In this document: one piece after another, positions 36,290 to 48,489 of the stretch
Position numbering within the stretch: the first letter of the stretch is position 1
How the letters are laid out: each line of letters opens with the position of its first letter
Source of the DNA: Isurus oxyrinchus
Lineage: Eukaryota
Reading direction: 5' to 3'
NCBI GenBank assembly: GCA_026770705.1
Contig: JANJGN010000038.1
Location: 5,580,001 to 5,644,000 of the forward strand
Length of the DNA stretch: 64,000 nt
Translations under genes and position numbers: made by a program
Notes under the pieces: model-generated
Database searches by the model: none
What the model saw: only the letters and a program-made list of their open reading frames with translations
Told to the model about the DNA's origin: nothing

Positions 36290-38285
36290 GAGAGAGAGAG
36301 AAAAAAATCAATACGTTTCAGTGAGTTAGACGCTGTCTCAGATAGAGATATCACAGACATTAAGTGAATGTGGTGACAAATGTGCCCGTCTTAGCAAAGA
36401 ATTAGTTGGTATGACATGGATTTCTAAACAAGACCACACAACAGGATATGCTATCAATGAATATTTACATTATTAGACGACCTGCAGTTACAGTTTGAAT
36501 AAGAGAAAATAAAATAAAATGAAACATTCTGGTGAAGATACATGTTTTATCTTTGTGGAATGACGCAACATGATTTCTTTTCACACACACACACAGAACA
36601 AGTGATGTCTCATATATAATACTGTTGGCTGTCATGAAACTGAGTATTAGGAGCTGCACGGAGCAAACACTCAAAACCTGTCGTTTTAGGCCAAAGTCAG
36701 AGGCCCATTTCTAACTCAACGTTCACCTTATAGATTCATAGAAAAGTGTAGTAACAACAGAGACAGAGCCTGGTGTGGAAATTACTAAGACAGGGCCTAG
36801 TGCAATTTAAGCAGAGGCATGACTAGAGAAGCCATCTAATGTTACTTAAGCAAAGACCTGACCTAATGCACGAATAACAGGGGCGGGGACGTGTGCGATA
36901 TTAACATGGACAAGGTCTACTGCTGTAATAGCGGAGATGGGTCTGGTGCAATAGTTACCGATACAGGGCCTGGATCAACATCAAGTGAAATAGTTTAGTT
37001 ATTACAGGCACAGGGCACAGAGTAATTGCTTTCCAGAGAGAGTCTCAGGCCATAATATCGGAGACTGCCACCAGTGTAAGAAAGACAGACATGATCTGGT
37101 GGAGTAAAAACAGGGAAAGGGAGAGTGGAATAGAAACAGAGACAGAGGTACAAAGACAAAGTCTCTGCAAAGATATGATCCATTTTAATTAACAAGACAG
37201 ACAAGCTCGAGTGTAATACAGGCTGGTACAATTTCAATTGTTCTGAAATACGGTCTGGAGGAACATAAGTGCAGACATGATTGAGTGTGTTATAAGCAGC
37301 GCCACGACCTAGTGAAACATAAGTGAGACAGTGCCGAGTGCAGTAATAATCGAGACAGGATCTTGTGATAACACCTGCTGGATCCAGTTTAAGAAAACTG
37401 ATACACGGTCTAGTGCAGCTTCACATAATTCAGGGGTCTTTTTAATGTCAACTGACGCAGTGACTGGTGAATTAAATACCGGCAAAGGTACGAGATCAAT
37501 AAAAACAGAGACATGCACTAGTACAGCAATAAGAGAGTAATGGTTTAGGACAATAACAACAGAAACAGAGAAATGTATGATATGAATGGAGGCATGTATT
37601 GGTGCAGCATCACCTGAGACAGGGTCCAGTTTGATAGACACGTGGCAGGTTCTACTGGAGTAATAGCTGAGACAGAGTCTTGTGAAATGTAAATAAAAAC
37701 GCGTTCTAGTTTTCTATAACCAGAGACAAGCTCTAGTGCAGTGCCAACTGCGGCATGGCTTATTGTAACTTTAGCCGAGACCTGATTCAGTGCAGTCATG
37801 ACTGAGATAGTGCCAACTGTAATGTGGCTGAGCCAATTACAGAAACAACTGAGAGATGACCATCTCTAATATGATCAGAGGCATGTCCTAGTGTAATAGA
37901 AACAGAAACGGCATCTAAGTTGATATGAACAGAGACAGTGCCAAATGCAATAATAATTGAGACCGCGTCTGCTTCATGTGATGTGAGCAATCACGGTTCT
38001 ACTGCCATCAACTGGTCAATCTTTGCCACTGCAGGTGTTGTGAAAATGTCGATTACATTTACTGTTTCTGAGATCAGTGGTCAAAATCAGAAATAATGGA
38101 AAACGTAGCCGGCGGAATTTGAACCTGCGCGGGATAACCCCAATGGATTTCAAGTCCATCGCCTTAACCACTCGGCCACGACTACAGATGTTGGCATTAA
38201 ACCTGTATTACATATATGAAGTCATAGAATTGTTACAGCAGACAAAGAGGGGCTTCTCCCCGCCCTGTCTCTGTCACAACCTAGC
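36290..38285 (+). repeat. Segmental duplication unit A, copy 2 (27-bp array about 36750-37970 plus tRNA-Ser)
   Basis: Colinear with 12530-14570. Confidence 0.9.
38104..38185 (-). tRNA. tRNA-Ser (TGA), T-stem mismatch, possibly impaired
   Basis: GTAGTCGTGGCCGAGTGGTTAAGGCGATGGACTTGAAATCCATTGGGGTTATCCCGCGCAGGTTCAAATTCCGCCGGCTACG. Confidence 0.8.
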
Positions 38286-38862
38286 CGGGAATGCACGCGC
38301 GTTATTTCCTATGTGAAAACTCAAGGAGATCAATGTTGTTTCCTCCTGGAGCCTCTGCTTGTTCTGAATTTCAAACTGTGGAAGGTAATCGTCCTACAAA
38401 ATCCAAAAGGTTGCAATACATTCCTCTCAATCATCAATAACATCATTCACATCTTCCACTTGTTTGCTGCAACTCCTTCCAAACATTGCAAATTCCCTTG
38501 CATCGTTCATCCTATTTTTCTCTTTGACATTTGACTATAAAGTTGCACAACGAATGTTAATCTAGTTGGTGTTGGTGAATATGTGTCTATCTCCTCGGGG
38601 AACTGAACCATATTGACACACTTGGAGGAACACACACCGACACATACAACGAGAGTGACAGAGGCCAAAGGAGTGTCAAACACCCAGAAAGTAAAGATGT
38701 CACCAACTTGTCCAATTATTGTTCCATTTCAGACTCCAAATGTAATGAATATTTGCAGATGAACTGAAGTCAGAAACACGTGGGTGTTTGGGTGGTTTAG
38801 TTTCTCATTTGACTGATAATATATTCTGCAGACAGTTTGTGTCAATCAGGAATGAGAAGAAG

Positions 38863-38921
38863 GGGAATTGGCAGGATGTGAACTACGTGGAAAAACGCCT
38901 GAACCACTCGGCCAGGACAAC
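38863..38921 (-). pseudogene. tRNA-Ser remnant with internal deletion
   Basis: GTTGTCCTGGCCGAGTGGTTCAGGCG...GTTCACATCCTGCCAAT. Confidence 0.6.
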
Positions 38922-39152
38922 TGGGTAAAGGCTGCATGTTGTTTGTTTAAAATAATAGAATAAATACAGCGAGTTCCGGTGAAAGAAGGTCTTCCAGTCC
39001 GTGCCACTGTCCCACCTTTTCCCAGTCTCCCTGGGATTTACACTGTCTCTCCTCATTCTCCCAACTGAAATACAACACGGCACTGCTCAGCTGCTCCTTC
39101 ACCACACAGAGAATCTTTTGGAAGCGCCTCAAACAACAAACCACCAGAAAGT

Positions 39153-39234
39153 TTGACAGCGGTGAGAGTGAAGCCCACATCGTCAGAGAGATCAAAACCT
39201 GAACCAGCGGCTGAGCCCACTCGGCCTCACTACC
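39153..39234 (-). pseudogene. tRNA-Leu remnant
   Basis: GGTAGTGAGGCCGAGTGGGCTCAGCCGCTGGTTC...GTGGGCTTCACTCTCACCGCTGTCA; same Ser-Leu layout as 28766-29214. Confidence 0.6.
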
Positions 39235-40478
39235 ACATTCAGATTAGACACAAACATTGTCTTCACCAACATTAACACTGAATTCGAATATTAAAAAAAT
39301 GATCAGGAATTGGCCATTCGGCCCCTCGAGCATTCTCAGCTACTTAATAAGATCATGTGCAAACTTCAATCATCCTCCTCTTTGTAACATCTGGACATTT
39401 AGTTTCTGAACAGTCCCTGCTCAAAGAAAAGAGAGAAATGTCTTCTTGCATCTTTTAAAACTGATGGTTTTCCTCTGTCTGCACCTTATGATATGAAGCC
39501 GCAGAATGAATATGAATAATGTTTGGGTGGTAAAAATGGGAAACTGAACCACTTTGACACACACACAGAAAATCACAAATACGCACATTGTTAAGATTTG
39601 AAATAGTGAATATTTTCACACTATCTTTCAATGTGCAGAAAGTGGAGCTGTGATCAACTTACAACTCAGAAGATGTACAACAAGAATGTATGTAACAGGC
39701 TGATGCTCACAGTGCCTGTTGGGACTCGGTGAGCTGCATCCAATGATTTAGACCATTTAATTGTCATTCAATGAGTCCGGTTCCAAATTCTGTGCTGGAA
39801 ATGATAAGAAAACTCGCTGCATTTGCTTATTGTCTTGAATTCAAAGCATCACATGGAAGATACGAAAGTTCATCTTAACCGTGGTGTTAGGAAACATAAA
39901 ATGACAGAAAGGTACAACAAATACAGGGGACATTCGGCCCTGTGTTCTGCTTTCAATGATTGATCTGAATAATCAAAGACATTCGTCATTTAGGAAGAAT
40001 GGTCAAAAAGGAAAACGAGACAGGGTCAGGAACGAGATCGGTACATTAGTGACAGAGGATCTTAGATTGAAGGATCAAGCTGTTAAAAAGGTTTGGGTGA
40101 AGCTAAGAAACAGCAAGAGGCAACAAACATTGGTGGGAGTTGTTTATAGGCCAACAAACCCTAGTGGGAATGTTGGCGTGGGATAAATCAGGAAATTAGA
40201 GCTGCATGTGACATGGGTAATACAGGAATAATATTCTGCCTTGCACCACCAGCCCTATAGTCAGTGCTTTGTAACCTATCACAGCCCTTCTATTTTATTT
40301 TCGCCCCCTCACTCCGACTTTGGGTTTGTTCCCAAGTTTTGCCCTTGTGACATTTCCAGCTCTGATGTGAAACTCCCACTCTCACTCCACCAATTCTAGC
40401 AGAACTAAACCGTGTTATTTTCAACCAGCAAATCAATCACATTGACTTGAACAGCTCGCCCAGGAGGAATAAGTTTCA

Positions 40479-40550
40479 ATCCCTAACCAGGGATCAAACG
40501 CAGGCTGTACTTATAAACTTGCCGCATTCTAATCACTCACCCAGCAGTTG
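40479..40550 (-). pseudogene. tRNA-Glu remnant
   Basis: ...GTGATTAGAATGCGGCA...GCCTGCGTTTGATCCCTGGTTAGGGA with the conserved Glu flank at 40550-40700. Confidence 0.55.
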
Positions 40551-41264
40551 GACACATGGGAGCTGCTTTTGGCATTTTTATATTCCAGATCTCTTTCAGC
40601 AATGACAAGTTTCTTTGGCCAAATGGTCTGTGTCGTTTGAACACAAGTGTCCTCTTCAGCCAATGAGAACAAACCGTTCGCTGGAACATGAAGTCGATAC
40701 TTTCCTCCTTTAAGACAGTTCTTAAAGCCTCCCCCTTTGACTGAGATTTTAGTCATCTGACCGAATATGTGGCTCAATGTCACACTTTATGATAAATTGC
40801 TCCTGAGAAACGCTTTGTGACGTTTCATTCGGAAAAAGGAGCTTTCTAAATATAAGTTGTTTTGTAGTCCATACATAGAAAGAGACAAACTCCTCTTCCC
40901 TCTTTCATCCCGATATTTTTCACTGCAAAATTGAAATGTGAAGTTGCACAACTAATGTGAATATAATTTGTGCTCTTAGAAATGTGTTCAGCTTCCCAGG
41001 GAACTGAACCGCATTGACCCACACAGAGGAACACACACAGAGATATACACCGAGGGTGACAGAGGCCTAAGGGGAGACAAATGCCAGAATAAAATCGTGT
41101 CACCAAATTGGCTCCGTTTTGTTTTCCATTTCCGACTGGAGATTTGCAGAAGGCTGACAAATGAACGGAAACAAGAGATCACGGGTGTGTTTGGATCGCT
41201 TTTCCTCGATTCAAACGATAATTAGCTCTGTCTGTGCGCGATTAAAATCCCAGATAATGAGAAA

Positions 41265-41346
41265 CGTGGTCGGCAGAATTCGAACCTGCGTGGGGTAACA
41301 CCAATGGATTTCTAATCCATCGCCTCAACCACTCGGCCACGACTAC
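41265..41346 (-). tRNA. tRNA-Ser (anticodon AGA), one acceptor-stem mismatch
   Basis: GTAGTCGTGGCCGAGTGGTTGAGGCGATGGATTAGAAATCCATTGGTGTTACCCCACGCAGGTTCGAATTCTGCCGACCACG. Confidence 0.8.
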
Positions 41347-41522
41347 AGAAGCTGCTCTCAGATTGTTATTACGTGTATGAAATCATGCAATGGTTACAGC
41401 GGAGAAAAAATTCTTTCTGCCCGTCCTGTCACTGCCATTACCTGATCTTTTCCCCAAAACCATGCAATTTATCCTGTCTCTCCTCGTTCTTCCGACAAAA
41501 CTGGGAATGAAAGAGTGAGAAT

Positions 41523-42853
41523 GATCCAACCCGGCCACTTACCACCCCATCAGTCTACTCTCCATCATCACTAAGGTCATGGAAGGGATCATCAACAGTG
41601 CTATCAAGAAGCACTGACTTAGCAATAACCTGCTCACTGATGCACAGCTTGGGTTCCACAAGGACCACTCAGCTCCTGATCTCATTACAGCCTTGGCTCA
41701 AACATAAACAAAAGAGCTGAACTCCCGAGATGAGGCGAAATCAGCATTTGACCGAGTGTGGCATCAAGGTGCCCGAGCACAACTGGAGTCAATGGGAATC
41801 AGGGGGAAACTCTCGGCTTGTTGGAGTCATACAGAGCAAAGGAAGATGGTTGTGGTTGTTGGAGTCAGTCATCTTAGCTCCAGGACATCACTGCAGGAGT
41901 TCCTTAGGGTAGTGTCCTCGGCCCAACCATCTTCAGCAATAAACTTCCATCCATCATAAGGTCAGAAGTGGCGGAGTTAGCTGATGATTGCACAATGTTC
42001 AGCATCATACCCGACTCCTCAGATACTGAAGCAGTCCATGTCCAAATGCAGTAAGACCTGTACAATGTCCAGGCTTGAGCTGACAAATGGCAAGTAACAT
42101 TCGCACCCCACAAGTGTCATGCAATGGCCATCTCCAACACGAGAGAATCCAACCATTGCCTCTTGATGTTCAATGGCATTACCATCACTGAATCCCTCAC
42201 TATCAACATCCTGGGGGTTCCCATTCACCAGGAACTGGACTAGAATAGCCATATAAACACTGTGGCTACAAGACTAGGTCAGAAGTTAGGAATCGTGCAA
42301 AGTGTAACTCACTTCCTGACTCCCCAAAGCCTGTCTACCATCTACAAGGCACAAGTTAGGAGTGTAATAGAATACTGCCCACTTGCTTGGATGAGTGCAG
42401 CCCCCGCAACACTGAAGAAGCTGGACACCGTCCAGGGCAAAGCAGTCCACTTGACTGGCACCACATCCACATTCACTCCCTTCACCACCGATGCATAGTA
42501 GCAGCAGTGTGTACCATCTACAAGATGTATTGGAGGTATTCACCAAGGCTGCTTAGACAGTAGCGTCCAAACCCACGACCATTCCCAGCTAGAAGGACAA
42601 GGGCAGCAGATAGATGGGAACACCATCACCTTCAATTAACTCACTATCCTGACTTGGAAATATAAAACCGTTCCTTCACTGTCACTGGGTCAAAATCCTG
42701 GAACTCCCTTCCTAACAGCACTATGGGCATACCTACACATCATGGACTGCAGTGGTTCAAGAAGGTAGACCACCTTCACAAGGGCAATTAAGGATGGGCA
42801 ATAAATGCTGGCCCAGACAGCAAAGCCCACATCATGTGAATGAATAAAAAAAA
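41523..42853 (+). mobile_element. 5'-truncated LINE (CR1/L2 group) RT region, 3' UTR and A tail
   Basis: YHPISLLSIITKVMEGII, AQLGF, LADD, IYKAQVRSVIEYCPLAW; ends ATGAATAAAAAAAA. Confidence 0.88.
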
Positions 42854-43293
42854 ATCTAGGTTTACCTGCAAATTATATTGCCTTGAACTTCTAACCAACG
42901 TAAAGCACTGCAAATGTCAGTGCCTGGAGCAAGGCTGACGTAATTGCTCATGTGAGGGACCACCTGAAGCTTTCAATGTTGGTTTTCTTCACACCGATTT
43001 CCAAATGGGAATTGTTCAATGGCTTGAAAGCAAAAAAAAATGTTAAGGAGAAAGAGAAGGAAATTGTCATTAATTATGATGCTCTTTGTACAAAACTGAC
43101 ATAGACACGATGGGTGGAAGGTTCTCTTACTGCGCTGTGCCATTTGATGGTGACATTGTTGATCAGTCTGTCTCCAGCATTCCTAATGAGAACAGCCGAA
43201 TTCCATTTCTTCAAAACAAAGACCCAAAGTGCTGCTGCATGACGTCACCGCTTAACATTCCAGACAGCTCCATTGGGATCTTTGCAGCGCAGG

Positions 43294-43364
43294 GTTTATA
43301 GAGGCGAGTGGGGTCATATTCACTTCACATATGATGGAGCTGCGGTTTGATACCTGGCAAGAGC
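43294..43364 (+). pseudogene. tRNA-Val remnant
   Basis: GTTTATAGAGGCGAGTGGGGTCATATTCACTTCACATATGA...CGGTTTGATACCTGGCAAGAGCA; same 5' flank as 29974. Confidence 0.5.
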
Positions 43365-44476
43365 ATTATCCAAGCTTGTTTATTTGAGTGAGTGAAAGTT
43401 CAATAATTTACTTTTGTTGTAAATATGAACACGACGGTTGGAATCCTGCTGACTGAAGTTTTCACCATTTTTAATTTTAACCAAATTAATAATCAGTTAA
43501 TTAGAAGGAAACCTATCCAAATACGTCTGTATTTTCTGATTTCCATTCATTTGTCAGCATTCAGGAAATTTGCTTTCGGAAATGGAACAAACACTGAGCC
43601 AAGTTGGCGAAATCCTTGCTTTCTGGTACTGTGTCTCTCCTTAGGCCTCTGTCACTCTCGTTGTATATATCTCTCTGTCTGTTCCTCTGTGATTGTCAAT
43701 GTGGTTCAGTTCTCTGAGGGGGTGAAAACATTTTTGATGTTGCAAACTTGATTCACATTAGTTGTGCGAATTCATCTTAAAATGTCACAGAGAAATGTAT
43801 CAGCGTCAAAGATAAAACAGGAGACTGGCCCTTTCTATATGTATCCTACAACAACAACAACTAATATTTATAAAGCACGTTTAACGTAAGAAACGTCACA
43901 AGGCGTTCCCCAGGAACATTATATAACAAAGTGTGACACCGAGCCTCATATTCGGCCAGATGACTAAAGGCTCGGTCAAAGCGGGAGGCTTTAAGAACTG
44001 TCTTAAAGGAGGAAAGTATCAATTTCATGTTCCAGCTCACAGCAATGGTTCTTCTCATTGGTGAAGAAGTCACTTGTGTTCAACCTAAACAGACCAATTG
44101 GTCGGAGAAAGTTGTCTCTGGTGAAAGAGATCGGGAATGAAAAAAAATGTCAAAAGCTGCCTCCATAATACAAAAGTCAAGCCTTATTGGTCTTTTCTCT
44201 GATGTACAGTGACTCAGGATTGGCGCTTCCATTGGACCAACAGCGAATTGGGTGGAGGGTTTTGGAAATTGAAAGTTGCACATGTGCAGCTTGTGGGACG
44301 ATTTCACCTCACTGTCAATTTCATGTTCCAGCTCACAGATACACTTGTTTTCATTGACTGACGAAGTCATTTGCCTTGAACAGAAACAGGCAGTTTTGAG
44401 GTGAAAGAAACCTGAGCTGAAAAACAATAGGCAAAAGCAGCGTAGATAAGCCAAATCGAAATACTTTGGCCCAACT

Positions 44477-44541
44477 TCCCTGGTGGTCTAGTGGTCAGGA
44501 CTCTCACCGCCGCAGCTCGGGTTCGATTCCCGGTGAGGGAA
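44477..44541 (+). pseudogene. tRNA-Glu(CTC) with a 7-nt deletion of the 5' anticodon stem
   Basis: TCCCTGGTGGTCTAGTGGTCAGGA^CTCTCACCGCCGCAGCTCGGGTTCGATTCCCGGTGAGGGAA (65 nt). Confidence 0.85.
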
Positions 44542-45728
44542 TGTCGAGTTAATGAGTTCTTTGGAACGAGTGCTGATCACTCATTGATTGGAAACGTTTA
44601 AAAGCTTCACCAGAAGCAGAGGAGTGAGAATTTAAGTTTCACCTCAAGAGCTGGAAAACATCACACTTGGTTCAAGTGGAGTGAGGGAATGAAGGAAGAG
44701 GAGAGGAGAGAAGGGCTGGTTGCAAAGCACTGACTATAGAAAGGTTGGTGTGAGGCAAAATATGGGTGGGAGAAGAAAGAATTTCGCTGCCTACTGTTTG
44801 CACTGACACAAATATCACTCCTGATGGATCAACCAATCACTACTGTTCTTTGAAAGCAGCATGCCTGGCTTAAAGGCCTCTTTTTCTGCTGCGAATTTCT
44901 ACAATTTTATGTTTCGCAACAGCACGGGTCATTCTGCCATTTTATAACCCACTCGAGAGAGATGTACTTTCTTACCTTGTATTTGGCTCTTTTGAAACTG
45001 AAACACGGAGCAAATTCAGTGAGTTTTCTTGTCATTTCCAGCACGAGATTTGTCATGAGACTAAATGAGCGACACATTAATGGTACCAATTCTTCACTGG
45101 AGCTCACCATGTCCAAAGAGTACTGTTTTCATCAGCCTGTTATGTAACTTCTTGCAGTTCATCTGCTGCACAAATATTAGTTTATCACAGCTCTGCTTTT
45201 TTCACTTTGAAACCCAGTGTGAAAATCAACTTCAAAGCTGAACAACTGGGAGGAGAGTGACTGTGGATAATCGGCACTGTGCACCTTCCTGTAATCAGTA
45301 TCTGGGAGAATCGGGAAGATGAGATCCAGGTGTCTCCTTACTCACGAGTTTTACCCATTCCCACGAACAGACTGTGTCTGCATCAAGCAGCTAATTGACC
45401 TGGGGGCTGGACGGTCAGAGGAAGCTGGAGGCGAGGCAGGGACAGAAGCAGAAAGAGATGCGACATGAAATTACTTTCAATTTGATGTGTGTCAGTTGCT
45501 TTCAGTGGTGAATTTCTGCCTTGTAAGTTTCACAGGAGCTGCAGTGATTAGTTGGTGTTTTTTTTAAGCAGCAAGATTTAAAAGTAAAAAGATAAAAACA
45601 AATAACTGCGAATGATGGAAATCTGAAACAAACACAGAAAATTCTGGAAAAACTCATCAGCTAGAGGGAGAAACAAGGTCAATGCTTCCAGTCCATACGG
45701 CTCTTATTCAGATTTTTAATGAATGACA

Positions 45729-45784
45729 GCGCCCATGACCCTGACATTAAGAGTCTCGTGATCAACAGTGTGAGCTAGCCAGGC
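45729..45784 (-). pseudogene. tRNA-Lys(CTT) remnant lacking the T arm
   Basis: GCCTGGCTAGCTCACACTGTTGATCACGAGACTCTTAATGTCAGGGTCATGGGCG. Confidence 0.65.
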
Positions 45785-46764
45785 ATGTGAAAAAGCTGTT
45801 TCGTCTCCTAACATACATCGATAAACCTGTTGCTTTCCACCTGATACCTCAGCTTCATCGGAATTTTAAAGTGTGGAACGTAATCGGCCGACAAAAGCCC
45901 CAAAGCTGCAATTCATTCCTCTCAATCATCAATAACATCATTCACATCTTCCACTTCTTAGCTGCACCTCCTTCCAAATACTGTGATCCATTTTGCTCAG
46001 GATTTTCTCCTGCATTTAATGTTTAGCTGCTTTGTACCCTCATTTTGAAATTAGATTCACTTCAATATCCAACACAATTTGAATTACAAACCTGATGGTC
46101 AAACAATGGAAAACAAGTCACTCAGTAACAAAAATCCCATGGTGCTCATTTTCAGATTCACAACAGTCAGCTTTTCAATAAAATGAAGGAATTTTACAGT
46201 GAAAACATTTAGAAAGTTGGTGTGACTTTTATTTGTGACTCAATCACTCGGGAATTCTGTAAATGCTGCTCGGAGGTTTAGTGACCGAGATATAATCTAC
46301 CTGTGTTTTCCTGAGCCTGTGCTCGGTGTATTGGAAGGTTTGGCCCGGGTTGGAGTATCTTGTGTCCCAGGGATGGGCAGTGACCCGCTGACTGAAGCTG
46401 CAGTCGCTGCTTTCTGCGGGCAGCGGGTGATTGGAGAGTGCGGGGCCGGAATATTGCTGCTTTGCTGCTTTTCCCTGTCTCACTCACTGTGGAAATGAGG
46501 AAGAGAGAATAATTGAAGGGTTCGTTTGATTCTAATAATTTCTTGGATTTCCAATAGGTTAGATGAAGGTACATAGTAAGTCCAAATCTTTTCTCATTGT
46601 ATTTGACAGAAAACGTAATTTTAAAAAGAAGCTGTTTCTGTGGGAGCTCACTGGACAACAAAAGACCCGCCACTATTTTTGGGGAAGATATCTTGCAGCC
46701 CAAGTACCCAATGACAATCCGGAATCGTGTGACAATGATTGGTGATGAGTGGGAAAAACCTTAA

Positions 46765-46837
46765 CCCCCCCTGGGTGGCCTTGAATAACCAACTTTTCAG
46801 TTAACAGGCAAATCTGCTGACCAATAGCGCCACAGAC
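46765..46837 (-). pseudogene. tRNA-Asn(GTT) pseudogene
   Basis: GTCTGTGGCGCTATTGGTCAGCAGATTTGCCTGTTAACTGAAAAGTTGGTTATTCAAGGCCACCCAGGGG. Confidence 0.72.
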
Positions 46838-47526
46838 TCTTACACAAACCTAACTGACAAGGTATCCCAACCGGGGTGTCAGTGAGTCCAATCTACAGGT
46901 TACCAATACACAGATGGTTATCGTGCTCTATCAATTTTACTCTTCCAAAATAAAGGGTGAGATATTCATTGTGGATATGTTGAAACAGTCTGATCCCAGC
47001 CACTGCAAACACATCCATGTCATCAGGATCCAGCTCTCCTACAACTGGAGTGCCTCCCTTCGAGTATTTCGCTGTCTTGTCTGTTACCAAGTATTCTCAT
47101 TGTCCTAAAGCCGATATTAGGTTAGAATTCCTGATGTGCAGTAATGAGAATCCTTTCACCGTCTCAGGTCAGTTAATTTCACTGATAACATCAGAGTCAC
47201 TGTATCAGCATCTTAAAGAAGGGAAAGGTGCCTTGACTATCTCTGGTCAGTCGGGCAGTTCACCCTTCATTCGCATTGGATTCCATTCCTCAAAGGGGAT
47301 TTTCATTTCTTTTTTGAGTTCCCTTACCACATCTGGCAACATCTTTGGATTGAGAGGCTTAATTTTCATTTCAGATGCAACACAGTTCTGATGAAAGGTT
47401 ACAGACCTGAAATGAAAACCATGTCTCTCTCTGCACAGTCACTCCCAGATCTGCTGAGAATTCCAGCATTTTCTGTTTTTATTTCAGATAACCAGCATCT
47501 GCAGTATTTAGCTTTACTTTAACTGA

Positions 47527-47910
47527 TCAGTGAAACATACAAGATCCTCAGTCTACTTGACAGGGTGGATTTGGAGAGGATGTTACCTCTTGTGAGAGAA
47601 TCTAGAGCTCGGGATCGCTGTTCAAAAATAAGGGATCACCCATTTAAAATGGAGATGAAGCTTTTTTTTTCAGAGTGCCGTGAAACTTTGAAATTTTGTT
47701 CCTGAAAAAGGTTGTGGAAGCAAAGTCTTTGAATATTTTTAAGGCCATGGTGGACATATTCTTGGTAATCAAGGGGGTGATAGATTATCAGAGATAGGTG
47801 GGGTACAGATTTCAGGTTACTATGAGGTCAGCCATGATCTTATTAAATGGCAGAGCAGGCTTGAGGGGCCGAATGGCCTACTCCTGCTCCTTTTTCTTAT
47901 GTATTTCTAA
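47527..47910 (+). mobile_element. CR1-type LINE 3' end
   Basis: Similar to 27460-27849; ends GGCCGAATGGCCTACTCCTGCTCC...TTCTTATG. Confidence 0.75.
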
Positions 47911-48260
47911 GAATGTGGAACCCATTACCAGTAGGTTTCGATATCCATGTCTGAGCTGAAAATGTATAGGTAAACTCACACTGTCAACTGATTGTTCACC
48001 AGCTAAAATTGGAAAGGGATTCACTCTCATCCCCTTACTGACACAGCAACACAGTCTTGCTGGTGGGAGGCCATTCAGGTACTTCACGTGTGCAAAGGGC
48101 TTTATTCAGATTGCCCACATGTTAACACTCCAACTTTAAAATTTCAAAAGATTGGATCCACAATCAGAGCAGAGATACTGGCAAGACATGGTATAAATGT
48201 TCCATGTAAAGGGGAAAAAGTTACCAGCTCAATCCATCTGCTGAGACTCCACTGAGTTAA
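47910..48260 (+). pseudogene. Highly decayed C2H2 zinc-finger remnant
   Basis: GKGFTLIPLLTQQHSLAGGRPFRYFTCAKGFIQIAHMLT. Confidence 0.5.
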
Positions 48261-48489
48261 GATCTAAGTGTCAGGGTTTGTTCTGCATCCAGGAGAGAAT
48301 TGTGGTGGAGCCAGGAGCAATTTGGCTGCTGCATCAATTGTTTCAACTATTTTATGTCTTGCCCCTATGGCCCCCATCGTATTCTGATTACAGAGCATAG
48401 GTTTCTGTTCTACAATATGATATTTCAATGGTGGAGTACTCACCCAGCATTCGCTGCAGGGCAGAATGTGTCCTATCATCACGACAGCA

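Larger units (their letters stand above)
43870..47290 (+). repeat. Duplicated Glu-Lys-Asn tRNA cassette (direct paralogue of about 17200-21000; inverted paralogue at about 30690-33870)
   Basis: Same order and shared spacer sequence; matching ORF translations at 18118, 44962 and 33192 (minus). Confidence 0.85.
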
